Assembly: GCA_965261345.1 (NCBI GenBank)
Contig: OZ253449.1
Span: 2,329,549 to 2,393,548 of the forward strand
DNA: 64,000 bases
Reading direction: 5' to 3'
Origin: Chloroflexota bacterium
Lineage (GTDB): Bacteria; Chloroflexota; UBA11872; VXNJ01
This document shows positions 45,159-56,516 of this stretch, one piece after another (position 1 is the first letter of the stretch; every line of letters begins with the position of its first letter). The notes below the pieces were generated by a model, which had not been told where the DNA came from, made no database searches, and saw only the letters and a list, made by a program, of their open reading frames with translations. Both the position numbers and the translations under genes were made by a program.

Positions 45159-45386
45159 GCAACCGGCAGATTCCACCACCTCCAGGCCATACGCGTGCCT
45201 CCGTGCGGCCTGTCTGGTATTGAACTTCGGGGGCATGCACTGCCGCAAATTCAGCAACCAACTTGTACGCACTGAATCGGAATGTACGCCCCACGATCGA
45301 AGTAAACATAATGGCGATTATGTCTGTCCCCGTACCGCGAAATCGATTAGACGTCGAATCTCTTCTGAGATCGAAATCAAATCAAT

Positions 45387-48134
45387 TCAGTTGAATCTCT
45401 CAGTTTCTATTTCTCTCCTGACCTCGGGAAACGGGTCATTCCTACCAATGTCCAACCAAGTGATGACAGTTTCGTCGCTTTCGAGTCCCTCGTCAGCCAG
45501 TTGATTGGCAATGCGCGTGCAGAGTAGTCGCAATACGTGAACGTCGTTTTTAAAATCGTTCTTACCGTATTTGAGGCGGGGCGAAAGTTGACTCAATCCT
45601 CGAAGAACCAGCGGTTTCATCGCCTCCGAATTCTGCGGCGTCCCCAACTCGATCACCTGGCTGGCGCAATAAAGTACATCCGCCAACGCGCCGGTGCTTG
45701 CTCCTGCGACAATCGCGCCCAATTCCCTAATCAATTCGTTAGGCACTGGTGGAAACTCATTAGATTGCGCCGCCGAAAGCCAAGTGTGAATTGCGCCCAA
45801 TGACGCAGACACTAGCGCCTCATCCAATGAAGTAATTCCGGTAATCAACCCGTCAATTAATTCATCCCGTCGCCCCGGCGCCGCGTTGACTAATCCTGGC
45901 GTCAACATAAATGACAGTGAATCTCGAACTTGAATAACTGGCGCCAAAAGAGGGTGAACTTGATCGGATCGATCGCGGCGCAACGATCCGATCAAGTCAA
46001 TTAGAGCGATTGCATCATCAGGGCGGATTGTGATTGCAGATGCCAGATAACCGATATGTTCGATGCGGCTGCCAATACCAAGATCGAGTGAAATCGAATC
46101 GCCGGCGAACATTTCGACTAACCTGACGATGTCATGTGAAAGGCGCAGCTCTTCTTCTTGTGAAATAGCGAGCTGCCTGTCAGCTTCGCGCAGTCCAGCA
46201 ATCGCTGCACCGACTTGCGCAAGGCCTCCGCTTATTCCGACCATTCCCTTCAATTCGTTTGCCCCATGCCGATCCAGCCATTTCTTGCGAAATGACAATT
46301 CCGCAGCACCTTTGCGTGGTTCAGGTAATACCAAATAAACCCAATCCCAAGGGGCGTTAGCACCGCCTGAGCTTTCAAGAATCGGATCCGCGTCACCCCA
46401 CAGAATTTCGGTCAATTTGGCCAATTCAACGTCCGATATTCGCCCGGAACGAATTAACAACAATGCCCGCAATATCGCTCTTTCGCTGGCTTCTCGATCT
46501 CCGCGCAGGGCTTTCGAAATAACGGTCATGGCTTGATGATCAATTTCGCCGACACCCTTCTCACTCACCGGATTCAAGTCGCTTGCACTGATCACCGTTC
46601 CCGGATCCACGCGGTTCAATTGGCCTTCAAATCCTTTGGTGTCGCTGATCGGGACGGTAAGTAACTCCAATGCGCGATCTCGACGAACGTTGGCGGGTAG
46701 CGCTGCCCAAGTACGATTGAGCAAATTGTTCAAGGGTGCCGTCGTCGCCAAATGGCGAGTCAATTTTTCCTCTTGGTAGCACTTCATCCAAATGTCCAAT
46801 GCCTCGCCCATGACCGAATCCGGTGCCCGCAGGACAAGACGTGAAAGTGCTTCCAACGAAATAAGGCACCGATCAGCCCAAGAGTGTTTCCCAATTCCAG
46901 GGCGCGATCCATCTAACCGGGGCAACGACTGACTTATCAGCGCCAGTGCGACATTCAACAAAGTTTGGACGGTTTTTTCCGGGAAAGCGCCAATTTGGGC
47001 GCGGGACAATACTCGGTTGAAGCTCTTGTCGGTTGGCGAAGTGCAAACTCGCAGGATCATCCGCGCCGCGAATTCAGGATGCATCGGGAGCAATGCTTCG
47101 GCAGACGCTTTCAACATGCCAATTGACAATGAAATCGGCCAACCGTCGCCTTCTTTGGAAATGCAAATCAAGGGTAATCCCGCAATTTCAGTCATCCTTA
47201 TTGCTCTGAATGCCGCAAAATACTGGGCACGACCAGCCTGAGACCAACTAATGTTGAGAACATTTCCTATTACGGGGTCAAAAGTTGGCGCAGAATCATG
47301 GCCCGTTTCGTTGACCAGGGCGCGGCTGGCGAGTTCTTTTTCGGCCAACACGTCGCACTTGTAAGCGGCCAACTTATCCAATTCGCGACGAGTTTCTTGT
47401 TGATTCCTCGAGTTCAGAGTAGCTGCTAAGGCCCACGCTTCTCTTGAAGCCGTCGCAATTGTTTTAGCTTCAACGCCAATTGACCTAGTAGCGTCGCACG
47501 CAAGTTGCGCCAATGCGAGCGCCTCCGACCCCCTACACGATTCGAATAACAATGCAGCTTTCCGCAATTGCCACGCCGGATCGGCTCCATCGACATTCCA
47601 CTCGTCAAGAAGGCCATCTACGGAATCGAAATCTCCCGAATAAACCGCCCAAAGACTTCTTTCGTGGATGACCCGGTGATTGGCTTCGGGGTCCTCCTGC
47701 AATATCGAAAGGTATTCCGACAATCGCCTGTCGAACTTTGATCTGTCCCAATCAAGCCTGGCATCAGTCAATAGCGCCAATGCGACCGACCGCCAAGCCA
47801 TTCGAAATTCCACCGCGTTATTCTGTTGCCCTTCGATGGTCTTGCCCGGATCGAGAGACCAATCAATTGATTCCATCACGCGACAGGCAGCTGCCTCCAA
47901 GTCCACAGATATTGGTTGGAGCAGGATTTCGCGACGCCAAAACAATTCCCGCAATGCCGACAAGCACTTGAAAGTTGACCAACCTCCAAGTGCATCGAGG
48001 ATTTTTGGCTCCCATTCATCAGTGACTGTTGCCATATGTAATCGTCCCGGCCCGGTCGGAAACACCAACCAGCCTGGGTATATACGCCGATTGTGGCACC
48101 ACACTTCTAGTGTTTTCTGGACTTGGTCTTCCAC
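45387..48134 (-). CDS. C-terminal (helical, probable sensor) part of a Dsr1-like SIR2 defence protein
   Basis: 915-aa ORF beginning W.HNRRIYPGWL and ending DPFPEVR; same frame as the upstream SIR2 ORF. Confidence 0.65.
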   Translation of the reverse strand: MEDQVQKTLEVWCHNRRIYPGWLVFPTGPGRLHMATVTDEWEPKILDALGGWSTFKCLSALRELFWRREILLQPISVDLEAAACRVMESIDWSLDPGKTIEGQQNNAVEFRMAWRSVALALLTDARLDWDRSKFDRRLSEYLSILQEDPEANHRVIHERSLWAVYSGDFDSVDGLLDEWNVDGADPAWQLRKAALLFESCRGSEALALAQLACDATRSIGVEAKTIATASREAWALAATLNSRNQQETRRELDKLAAYKCDVLAEKELASRALVNETGHDSAPTFDPVIGNVLNISWSQAGRAQYFAAFRAIRMTEIAGLPLICISKEGDGWPISLSIGMLKASAEALLPMHPEFAARMILRVCTSPTDKSFNRVLSRAQIGAFPEKTVQTLLNVALALISQSLPRLDGSRPGIGKHSWADRCLISLEALSRLVLRAPDSVMGEALDIWMKCYQEEKLTRHLATTAPLNNLLNRTWAALPANVRRDRALELLTVPISDTKGFEGQLNRVDPGTVISASDLNPVSEKGVGEIDHQAMTVISKALRGDREASERAILRALLLIRSGRISDVELAKLTEILWGDADPILESSGGANAPWDWVYLVLPEPRKGAAELSFRKKWLDRHGANELKGMVGISGGLAQVGAAIAGLREADRQLAISQEEELRLSHDIVRLVEMFAGDSISLDLGIGSRIEHIGYLASAITIRPDDAIALIDLIGSLRRDRSDQVHPLLAPVIQVRDSLSFMLTPGLVNAAPGRRDELIDGLITGITSLDEALVSASLGAIHTWLSAAQSNEFPPVPNELIRELGAIVAGASTGALADVLYCASQVIELGTPQNSEAMKPLVLRGLSQLSPRLKYGKNDFKNDVHVLRLLCTRIANQLADEGLESDETVITWLDIGRNDPFPEVRREIETERFN

Positions 48135-48164
48135 CGCTCGCGCCTTTTTTTGGAACCCTGGCTA

Positions 48165-49187
48165 TTAAGTTGCCCGCGGTTCCGGCCGCGGAACGGCCCG
48201 CTTCGGTCTCAGCACCGGTTCAAGGTGCTCAGGCACCTCAATTTTGGGTTCGGAAGGAGGAGTTGGCCATGTAGTTATGTCATAAGAAACAGATTGCTCC
48301 AATGTCAATATCAACCATTCAGTTGCAAATCTGTGGCGTTCAGACTCGGGCCAAATGTGTGCTTTCGGGTGTCGTGCCAAGTCAATCGGAACAACGCCGC
48401 CGTCTTCCAGCATGCGGCGTCTGTGCTGGCTCAGCCCCAACCATCCAGCCAAATAAATCTTGGGGGCGGAATCTCCCAGATTCTCTCGAACCCAACTGAG
48501 CCAATTCAGAAAATTTGGATCATCCCCCGAAAACCCGATCAATAAGAACGTGGTTTCCATCATCGCTTGTTGAACCGTATTTACGAACGGCGCGAATTCC
48601 CTTGGATACGTCCGATAGTCTTCTTCCGTGACGATCAATGGCAATTGCATTGGGAAAGACCCGTGCATTTTGATGATGCGCGGTTGACTCGCCATCGGCA
48701 GTTGGTCGATACTCTGGACCACAGTGTATGGTCGCTCAGTTATCACCGGATTCGCGCGCTCGAGAAGCGTGTCCCAATTAGTCGTAAATACGTCACGCCA
48801 GGGCAATTGCAGTAAGCGCAAATGGAGCTGCCCCGGCCGAAAATCCGCATCCCGCAAAAGGTCCCCGAGCAAATTGTGCAAATCGCTTCGCCCGAAAGCC
48901 GATTTGTATTCTTGCGCCAACCTCAATACGTTTTGAGCTGAGTATTCGCTACTCAAGCCTTCTATCGTTTTATTGCCAGAATCTTCCGGGTATAGAGCGA
49001 TGTACAAAGACGTAGCTACATCGGCCCAGCCGGGCATTGCGCTTGTGGCAAACGGGAGTTGTTCCGCATTTTTGCTGAAACCACTGCCAATCATGACAGA
49101 GGCGCGTGACACCGGTAGTACTTGAAGGGCATCTCGCACCTTCGCAATGTGGCTCTGATCGGCAAAACATTCGACTAGTCCCGACAT
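48165..49187 (-). CDS. SIR2_2-family NADase domain (N-terminal part of a Dsr1-like protein)
   Basis: IGSGFSKNA, PGW, FTTNWDTLLE, IIKMHGS, TEEDY and LIGFSGDDPNF. Confidence 0.88.
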   Translation of the reverse strand: MSGLVECFADQSHIAKVRDALQVLPVSRASVMIGSGFSKNAEQLPFATSAMPGWADVATSLYIALYPEDSGNKTIEGLSSEYSAQNVLRLAQEYKSAFGRSDLHNLLGDLLRDADFRPGQLHLRLLQLPWRDVFTTNWDTLLERANPVITERPYTVVQSIDQLPMASQPRIIKMHGSFPMQLPLIVTEEDYRTYPREFAPFVNTVQQAMMETTFLLIGFSGDDPNFLNWLSWVRENLGDSAPKIYLAGWLGLSQHRRRMLEDGGVVPIDLARHPKAHIWPESERHRFATEWLILTLEQSVSYDITTWPTPPSEPKIEVPEHLEPVLRPKRAVPRPEPRAT

Positions 49188-49630
49188 GGATTCAACCCTA
49201 CTTCAGCGCAGTGTCAATTTGATGGCATTGCGTTTTGGCGATCCAATATGCAGGCCAATCCCTCCAACTTTCGCAGTACGGCTCATTTGCGAGCCTCCGA
49301 ATGGCAACAGGCTCGGTTCGCAAGAAGGGAACCGGAATTCAATATTGGATTGAGAATCATAAGAAGAGTGTCGCACGCACAATCATCTGCGGACTTGCAG
49401 CTCGTCTGCGTTCGCGGTTTGAGCCGCAGGGATCGCGACGTGGCAAATTGGGCTCGCGCCCGACGATTCGTATGCAATTCACAATAACCCCTATTTCATC
49501 CAGTTCCGCATGGATCACAGCGATTCGTCGCGTTCAAACCATGGTGGCTGACTTGCATGAGTTGCTTCATTGGTTGCCCAAATAGACGCCTAGTCCAATG
49601 CAAAAACAAACGGCCACGATTAGTCCCGCG

Positions 49631-49921
49631 TCAGTCCACTCCGGCAGTTACAAACCGCTCGACTTCGATCTTTTCGCGTCTAGCCCTCGCAAGATCGTAA
49701 GCAGTCTGCAATGCAAGCCAGGTTTCCGGAGTAGAGCCGAAACTCATTGACAAACGCAAGGCCATTTGCACTGAAACCCCGGCGCGTTCATTGACCAATT
49801 CCGAAAGGGTCTGCCGCGAAATTCCTAGCCCTTTGGCAGCCCTTGTCACGGACAAACCCAAAGGCTCAAGGCATTCGTGCTTAACGATTTCGCCGGGGTG
49901 AGGTGGATTCGTCATCGGCAT
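49631..49921 (-). CDS. higA: HigA antitoxin (XRE HTH)
   Basis: NPPHPGEI...SVTRAAKGLGISRQTLSELVN...MALRL...PETWLALQ..YDL. Confidence 0.92.
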   Translation of the reverse strand: MPMTNPPHPGEIVKHECLEPLGLSVTRAAKGLGISRQTLSELVNERAGVSVQMALRLSMSFGSTPETWLALQTAYDLARARREKIEVERFVTAGVD

Positions 49922-49931
49922 TGAGATTTCC

Positions 49932-50210
49932 TTAGTGGTAATCGACGTAGTCAACTTCGAAGGCATCACCGTCTTCGAATCTGAATGTGACTCGCCAATT
50001 CGCTGATACGGTAACTGCGTGATGCCCTTTCAACTGCCCGGATAGCGGATGCACTCCAAAGCCCGGCATGGCCATGCCCTCCCATCCCGTGCTTTGGTCA
50101 AGGACCGCGAGGATTCGCCGCAATTTGGAGACATGATCGGGATTCAATCGGTGTTGCCGACGGCCTTCATAAAGAGCCCTTAGACCACGGTGCTTGAATG
50201 ATCTGATCAC
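49932..50210 (-). CDS. higB: HigB (RelE-like) toxin
   Basis: IRSFKHRGLRALYE...HPLSGQLKGHHAVTVSANWRVTFRF...VDYVDYH; toxin-first order; GTG start at 50210. Confidence 0.92.
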   Translation of the reverse strand: MIRSFKHRGLRALYEGRRQHRLNPDHVSKLRRILAVLDQSTGWEGMAMPGFGVHPLSGQLKGHHAVTVSANWRVTFRFEDGDAFEVDYVDYH

Positions 50211-50216
50211 AAATGG

Positions 50217-50245
50217 ATTGTAAGGTGTCGCCTGACACTTGGCAA
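50217..50245 (-). promoter_or_regulatory. Sigma70-type higBA promoter with overlapping operator
   Basis: On the minus strand TTGCCA-N17-TACAAT-N6-GTG. Imperfect palindrome TGTCAGG-N5-CCTTACA spans 50219-50237. Confidence 0.75.
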
Positions 50246-50552
50246 CAGCAGCTCTATGGTAGAGCCTGCGCCACGTGAACATGGGCATTCGACCCGCGGC
50301 AACTGGCACTCTCCTTCCTGCCATCTGCCAATTAGCCTGGCTAATCCGTAATCCCTATTACTTCCAGCGCTCAATGCGGATATTAATGGCCCACTGGCGC
50401 TTCGGTACTGCCAGTGATCGGCCAGATCGGGTGTGAGTTGAACTCCGCCGCTTCGTGCTGGCGCATGTGAGGGGCAATATGTCCTTTCACTAACGTGAGT
50501 TTTTCGATCGAAATGAAGTCTTGATCGCCGACGTCAATGCTGCCCATAAACA

Positions 50553-51776
50553 TGACGTGGACCCTTCTATTGGTACCAGGACGAATGTGATTAATCTGGT
50601 TCCATAAGAAAGGGACATTCATGGCGAAAAGAAAGTACTCGCCCGAACAGATCATTCACAAGCTCCGCTCGATTGAGCTGGTTGTCGCGCAAGGCAAGAC
50701 CGTGTTCGAGGCCTGCCGCGAGGTGGGCATCAACCCCCAGACCTATTACCGCTGGCGCTCCCGCTACGGCGGCATGACCATCAGCGAAGCCAAGGAGAAC
50801 AAGCGCCTGCGCGAGGAGAACACCCGCCTCAAGCAGGCCGTGGCCGATCTGACTCTGGACGTACAGATCTTGAAAGAGGCGGCCTCGGGAAATTGGTAAG
50901 CCCGGAGCGCCGACGTCGATGCGTCAAGCACATTCGGGCTAAATACAAAACATCAGAAAGAAGAACCTGTCAGGTATTGGGGCAGCCGCGGCGGACCCAG
51001 CGCTATGTGCCCAGACCCGATCCCGAAAACGACAATCTCACCGCCGAGATAAAGACCCTCTCCCTGCGTCATCCACGCTACGGCTACAAGCGCATCACCG
51101 CGCTGCTTAAGAGCTCAGGCTGGAATGTCAACCGCAAGCGGGTGCTGCGCATCTGGCGCCGGGAGGGCCTTAAGATCCCCGTTCGGCAGATCAAGCGCTC
51201 CCGCCTCTGGCTGGATGGGGAGCGCAGCATCCGACTGCGGTCCCTTCATCGCAACCACGTCTGGGCTTATGACTTCGCCTATGCGAGAACCGACGATGGC
51301 CGACCACTGCGGATCTTAGTCGTCGTTGATGAATTCACGCGCGAGGCGCTCTCGCTAACGGTCAACCGCACCTTCACTTCCAGGGACGTCATCGGGGTCA
51401 TCTCAGGCCTCATGCTCACCCATGGCATCCCTGGTCACATCCGCTCTGACAACGGACCCGAATTCACCGCCAGGGCAATAAGGAACTGGTTATCGCAGAA
51501 CGCAATTAAGACCTCCTACATCAAGCCGGGGGCGCCCTGGGAGAATGGCTATGCTGAGAGCTTCATCGGCAAGCTCCGCGACGAGCTGCTGGACCGGGAG
51601 ATATTTTTCAATCTGGCCGAAGCCAAGGTGCTAATGGATGGCTATCGGCGGGAATACAATACCGTCCGGCCGCACAGCGCCCTTAGCTACCGGCCGCCAA
51701 TTCAACCGATCTTAAGATCGGTTGAAACCCAAGCAAATGTCGCATGAAGCTTGGTACCAAGAATGGGTACCCGTCA
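50553..51776 (+). mobile_element. IS3-family (IS407-like) element, 1224 bp, copy 2
   Basis: Same ends and identical ORF translations to copy 1; its own 4-bp TSD is AACA. Confidence 0.96.
50621..51747 (+). CDS. IS3 transposase OrfA/OrfB, copy 2
   Basis: Translations identical to 38446-39572. Confidence 0.92.
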
Positions 51777-51983
51777 AACACACCAATTGCACGGGATCGC
51801 ATCTGGGATTGGCTTTGAGCGAGTCCAACTGCGGCAATAACAAACACTCTGTTCAGCAGGGGATCAACCAATCGGAAGGCGGACGCTAAATAGTGGTAGA
51901 TCCGGTTCGGATCCGATTTAGTTGGTGATTGTGCGGATGACCAGGCGGAAATTTGGCTGCGAATGGCAGGAGGGTGGCTGCCG

Positions 51984-52984
51984 TCAGTCGATCGGGACGA
52001 AAACTTTTTTTAGCGGGATCAATGCTTGTGCTTGCGGCTCCAATTGCTCGTAATTTTCCAAAAGCAATTCAGTGAACTCGTCGCCGGTCGGGGTCGTCAG
52101 AGAGATTCCCTGCGGTGTTCTTTCAGCCTCATATAACGCTTCTCGTGTGAATCCCCTGTCGAAACAAAGAGGCCTTTATCCGGATGTCGCAATGTCGCAA
52201 TAAATTATCGAAGTTCGCTCGGATTCGCACGCTGATTTCGTTGTTTAACTTGCACTTTGATTCGGGGTGATTCGAGTCCAAGTGGGTCAGATTGCGCAAC
52301 AACGTCCACGCCTCGGTCTGGACCTTCCTCGGTGCGCCGCGCGAAATAACCCATGGAGCGCAGAAGCGCGGCCACAAGTTCCTCAAAGTCAAACGGGTCC
52401 ATTTGGGCAACCTTGTCAGAAATCAACTCTTCGGCTTTTCCCTGTACTTCCTCGTACAACTGAACCTCCGACTCCACCTGAGTTGGAGTCTCAAGGGAGC
52501 CATTCATAGCCGGGTGGCCGAAAGCGATCCGTTCGAATTCATCTCGGTGATCATTCATTGAGAAAAGTGTCAGTGTGCTGCCGGCGCTGTTCTTAGCGCG
52601 ATTGGATAGCACGTCTCGTGAAATTCGCTTCAACCAATCGACTGGCCGCGTGTGCGGATTGTTATCTTCTCGTCCCGGTACATACCTATAAGGACCGGTA
52701 CATTTGCCGATCATGATTTCACGCGTATCCCGGATTGGCGTGAGAATCAAGTCACCATTCTGAATTTCATTCAAGAAGCGAAACATTTGCCCCGCCCACA
52801 CAATTAGACGACGCTTCTTGGTATTCGGATGCTCGCCCTCCAAAACCGACATGAATTCCTCCTGCGTCTTAAGGGGCGAGACATCACCACTGTGGAAAAA
52901 CCCAATTGCGATGATGCCGGCCGCCCAATATGCGTCCGCATGAACACCGCCACCACCGGCTCGGACTACCCAAACGTTTTGCAT
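51984..52984 (-). pseudogene. Mrr-like (type IV) restriction endonuclease pseudogene
   Basis: VWVVRAG...FEELVAALLRSMGY...PDRGVDVVA...IKVQVK. TAA at 52205, then GLFVSTG, a 1-nt loss in a G run (~52155), and GFT...LLENYEQL...PLKKVFVPID*. Confidence 0.85.
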
Positions 52985-53594
52985 TTCACATCCCTTTTGG
53001 TTCGGTTGTTTTGTGGTGCGAGATCCTTGGTGTGAAGCAGCTAAATCCGCACGACACCCTGATTTGCCGGTCCAATTCACTCTTGAGGGTTATCGTAATG
53101 TCAAGTTTGACCAATTAAGATTCGGCGGTACAGGATTGGATCCACCCCAGGCGAATTGTGCCGTTTCGAATTGGATATCCTGCGCAATTGCGATTCAGAT
53201 TTGCTCACTGCGCGCTGATTCAAATTTCCAAGCTTCTTGACGCTCTGATTTCCTGTTTGCGGTGGTGGATGGAAACCTCACCATCTCAGGAGGGGTCGGC
53301 GCCAGCGGGGCGATACTGGCAAGGCGCCAGCGTCTTCATCGGCCCAGGGCTTCCTGGAGCGCCTATCCGGAGACTGGTTTGACCGATTGATACACGCGCA
53401 TGACCGAGCGTCACACATTCGCACCTTCATCCTCAGCGATGCCGAAAGTCGCCGGCCCCGACCATGGGACTTGTCTGCGACGTGTGCAACGCGGGTCGGT
53501 GGGTCAGCGGGGGATCCGAGTCCTTGACGTGATCGCATTGATTCGGCTCGCAACTCCAGGGCAGATGCGGTAGCGGGAGCGGCTCGGACCCGAA

Positions 53595-55349
53595 ATGCTC
53601 AACGTATCCACAGCAGCCGCAATGGTTGAAGAGATTGCGGGCAAGGAGAACAGCTTCAGTCACATTTGCTCCGCGTTCAGGGAGCAGGCAGACGAACCAC
53701 ACAATCCAGTTGTGCGGGCCATCCGTTGGATGCTGGGCTACCGGTTTGTCGAGGCATCGGACACTTCGGCGCGAAGACTCTACGGCGCCCCGTTCGCACC
53801 TTCCGTGGAATTGAAGGACATCCTCTTCCCTCCCTACATTGACCAGATCCCCGATCGCAAAGGCGTACTCGCCGTTTGGACTGAGTTCGCCGGGCTCGTA
53901 CGGCATCCGCTTGTAAAGTCGCGCGTGAGCGACCTGCTTTGGTATATGGAGTCGGGTGGCAACCGACACCAGCACGCGAGGAACGCCATTGGCGCTTATA
54001 TCGCCGCTTCGGATCTGGCGAACGCCGACCCCGCAGAGGAAGAGCGCCTCTTAGGCGCCACACTCGGGCTCGGAAGGGCCCTCGAACTTTCGTTGAAAAT
54101 TAACGCCCTTGAGCTAGTCCGTCTCGTCCGCGATCGCATAACCCAAATGCTCGAGAAGGAGATGCAGGCTGGTCAAGCAGTTTCTCGACCGGGCATCTGG
54201 ATGCGGTACGCCCGGGCTCTCGTTGACCTCGATCCGGACGAGCGCCCGCCTGACCTGGACGAATTACTCGATCAAGGCCACGCACTGCTTCGCGATCGCC
54301 CAGATTCCCGGCTGGCGCTTTTCCAGATGAGCGAACAGCTCGCGCGCGGTGACCAAGAATTGACGCGACGGATCGGACGAAGCGCCGTAGCGATGCTTAT
54401 TTTGCATGCTCGTCGTCAGGCTAGTGGGCTCGCCAGACAGCACTGGTTCATGGAAGCCCTCGAATTCGCTAGAGCGAAATCGTTGGGAGCGCGGACCGCG
54501 AATCGAATCCGGCGAGCGATGCAACGGATCGACCCAAACTCAACTGAGTGGCAGGAGCATTCGATTTCGATTTAAATCCCACGTGACGAGGTGGAGCCGT
54601 GGGTCAAGTCGATCGCCGGTGCTGATGGAATAGCAGGCGCGCTACACCGCTTAGCCATCGCTGGTGGGAATCCAATTGGCAACTGTAAAGAAACTGAGCA
54701 GTTGGTCGATGAGCTGGCGCGGGAATTCGTTTTCAAGAACCTGTTCACTCGCACCGTAGTTGATGATCACGACTTCCAGATCCGGTCGGCTGCGAACTCC
54801 GAAGACAAGCGAAACCTTGACATTCTGGAACAGGAAGCGAGGAAAATTCAGTACGATGGGTTTCTCCGCCAGCTTGCACTTGACCGCATTGGGGAACGGC
54901 ACTCTGCCAACCGGGAAGTTCCGGCCGCAGCGTTCCAGACCGGGATCATTGATGTACCGCAGGCTGACGGGTTTGCGCGCTCATTTGAGCACTTCTGGGC
55001 AGGTCACCCCGATGAGGCACTCCTCGTCTGTCTCCCCAGAATCGAAACCACATTTCGCGTATGGCTTGACGCGGTTGGTGGTGTCATATACCAACCGCCG
55101 CGAGGCCGACGCCCGGGTCGCTTGAGTGGACTCGGCGAGATCCTGCGAAATCTGGAAAATCTGTACGCAGATGACATGGAGGCTTGGTTTCGCTACTTCC
55201 GAATCGCCCTGACTGAACAGACGCCTGGCTTGAATCTGCGTAACCGGCATGTCCACGGGTTTGCGGATTACCCCACAAAGCTAGAGGCTGCCCTAGTTCT
55301 CAGAATAGCGGCGTTGTTGAGGCTCGCGCCGATTACGTGTCGACCTTGA
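53595..55349 (+). pseudogene. DUF4209-like HEPN protein interrupted by one in-frame TAA (54573-54575)
   Basis: The two ORFs are in the same frame (SISI*IPRDEVEPW). The C-terminal part has LPRIE...GLNLRNRHVHG (RxxxxH). Confidence 0.72.
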
Positions 55350-55616
55350 CAGTCGCAAGGGCCCAATAACCCTGAACCGTAATCGAGGGTTGGTTCAACC
55401 CGTGCCCCATCGGGATTCGAGGTACGTTGTGGATGTTTATTTCTGGTCTGGCGGAGTATTTGGTGTCGGGTGGCCGTCGCCGAGGACCTCAACCCGGGAT
55501 TTACGCTGGCGCTGGCCCCTAACTTCTGATGTGATCAAAATGTTCGTGCGTTCGGCCCGGCTAGCCCCAACTGAGCTTCCTCGCAACGTATTGAGTTCCA
55601 ATACCCCCAAAAAAAG

Positions 55617-56516
55617 TCACGGCAGGAATTCCCTGTTCACCTTGGCCACATAGGAGAAGGTCGGGTTTACGAACTGGGTGCAGCGGGCTTCCAACACTTG
55701 GCCCAGGAAGAGGTAGGCCTCGCCGCGCGTGAAACCGTAGCTATCCTCGAGCCATAGCACCATTTCCGATAAGGCCGTGCGGAAGGCGTCTTCGGCCGGC
55801 CTGGCCATCGCGGTAGTGATGATGTGGGTGTCGTTGGTGATCCTGGGCCAGGTCATCGACTCGCGTTTGGGCTCCAGGTCGCACGTTACCCTGACTCGGC
55901 CGCCGGCCTCGATTCCGCCGGCCCCGCATATCTCGCCATCGCCCTGGCGGGCGTGCATGTCGCCGATGTGGAGCAGGGCGCCAGGGACGGAAACTGGCAG
56001 GTGGACCGACGCTCCGGTGGTGATCTCCTGGATGTCGAAATTGCCGCCCCACTGCCCGGCCCAGGCGTTGGTCCAGCGGGAGTGCGCCGGCGCGACGCCA
56101 ACCACCCCCAGCATCGGCGCGATCGGTATTTGCAGCCAATTGCTCCAGAGGATGTGGTTGCCGCGTATCTGCACGACCTTTTGCTGACGACCAATCCCGG
56201 TACCGCCCAGCCAACCCGGCATGGCACCATTGGCGCCCCTGAACTGGGTAAAACCTATGGGGTCGAGGTCAATCTCGCCTATGTGGACGACAAGGACTTG
56301 ACCTGGCTGGGCGCCTTCGACGTAGATGCACCCGCTGGCGGGGTTGCCGGCGCGCAGTTTGCGGCTCAGCCGGTCGCGGTCAGGATGGTCTTCGATCCAG
56401 GGGCCACGGTTGATCTGCGTCTCGATCTCGAATTCCTCTCCGGGCGCGACGCGGAGGGTCGGTTCATTGTCCGGGCCGATTTCAAAGTACAAGACATCCT
56501 TGGTGGCTTTTTGCAT
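55617..56516 (-). CDS. Acetamidase/formamidase family protein
   Basis: NPASGCIYVEGAQPG, PMLGVVGVAP, GGNFD and GDMHARQGDGE; ATG 56516 follows a GAGGAG Shine-Dalgarno. Confidence 0.9.
   Translation of the reverse strand: MQKATKDVLYFEIGPDNEPTLRVAPGEEFEIETQINRGPWIEDHPDRDRLSRKLRAGNPASGCIYVEGAQPGQVLVVHIGEIDLDPIGFTQFRGANGAMPGWLGGTGIGRQQKVVQIRGNHILWSNWLQIPIAPMLGVVGVAPAHSRWTNAWAGQWGGNFDIQEITTGASVHLPVSVPGALLHIGDMHARQGDGEICGAGGIEAGGRVRVTCDLEPKRESMTWPRITNDTHIITTAMARPAEDAFRTALSEMVLWLEDSYGFTRGEAYLFLGQVLEARCTQFVNPTFSYVAKVNREFLP

Noticed and set aside
50383-51871. Minus-strand ORF apparently interrupted by IS3 copy 2
   Set aside because: Removing the IS gives a short open frame with no recognisable motifs; a gene cannot be supported.
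45387-55349. Stop-codon reassignment suggested by in-frame TAA in the SIR2, mrr and DUF4209-like genes
   Set aside because: TAA and TAG terminate intact genes here (hsdS 3' half, higB, TPP copy 2, hsdM, LLM), and mrr also carries a frameshift. Ordinary lesions explain the pattern.
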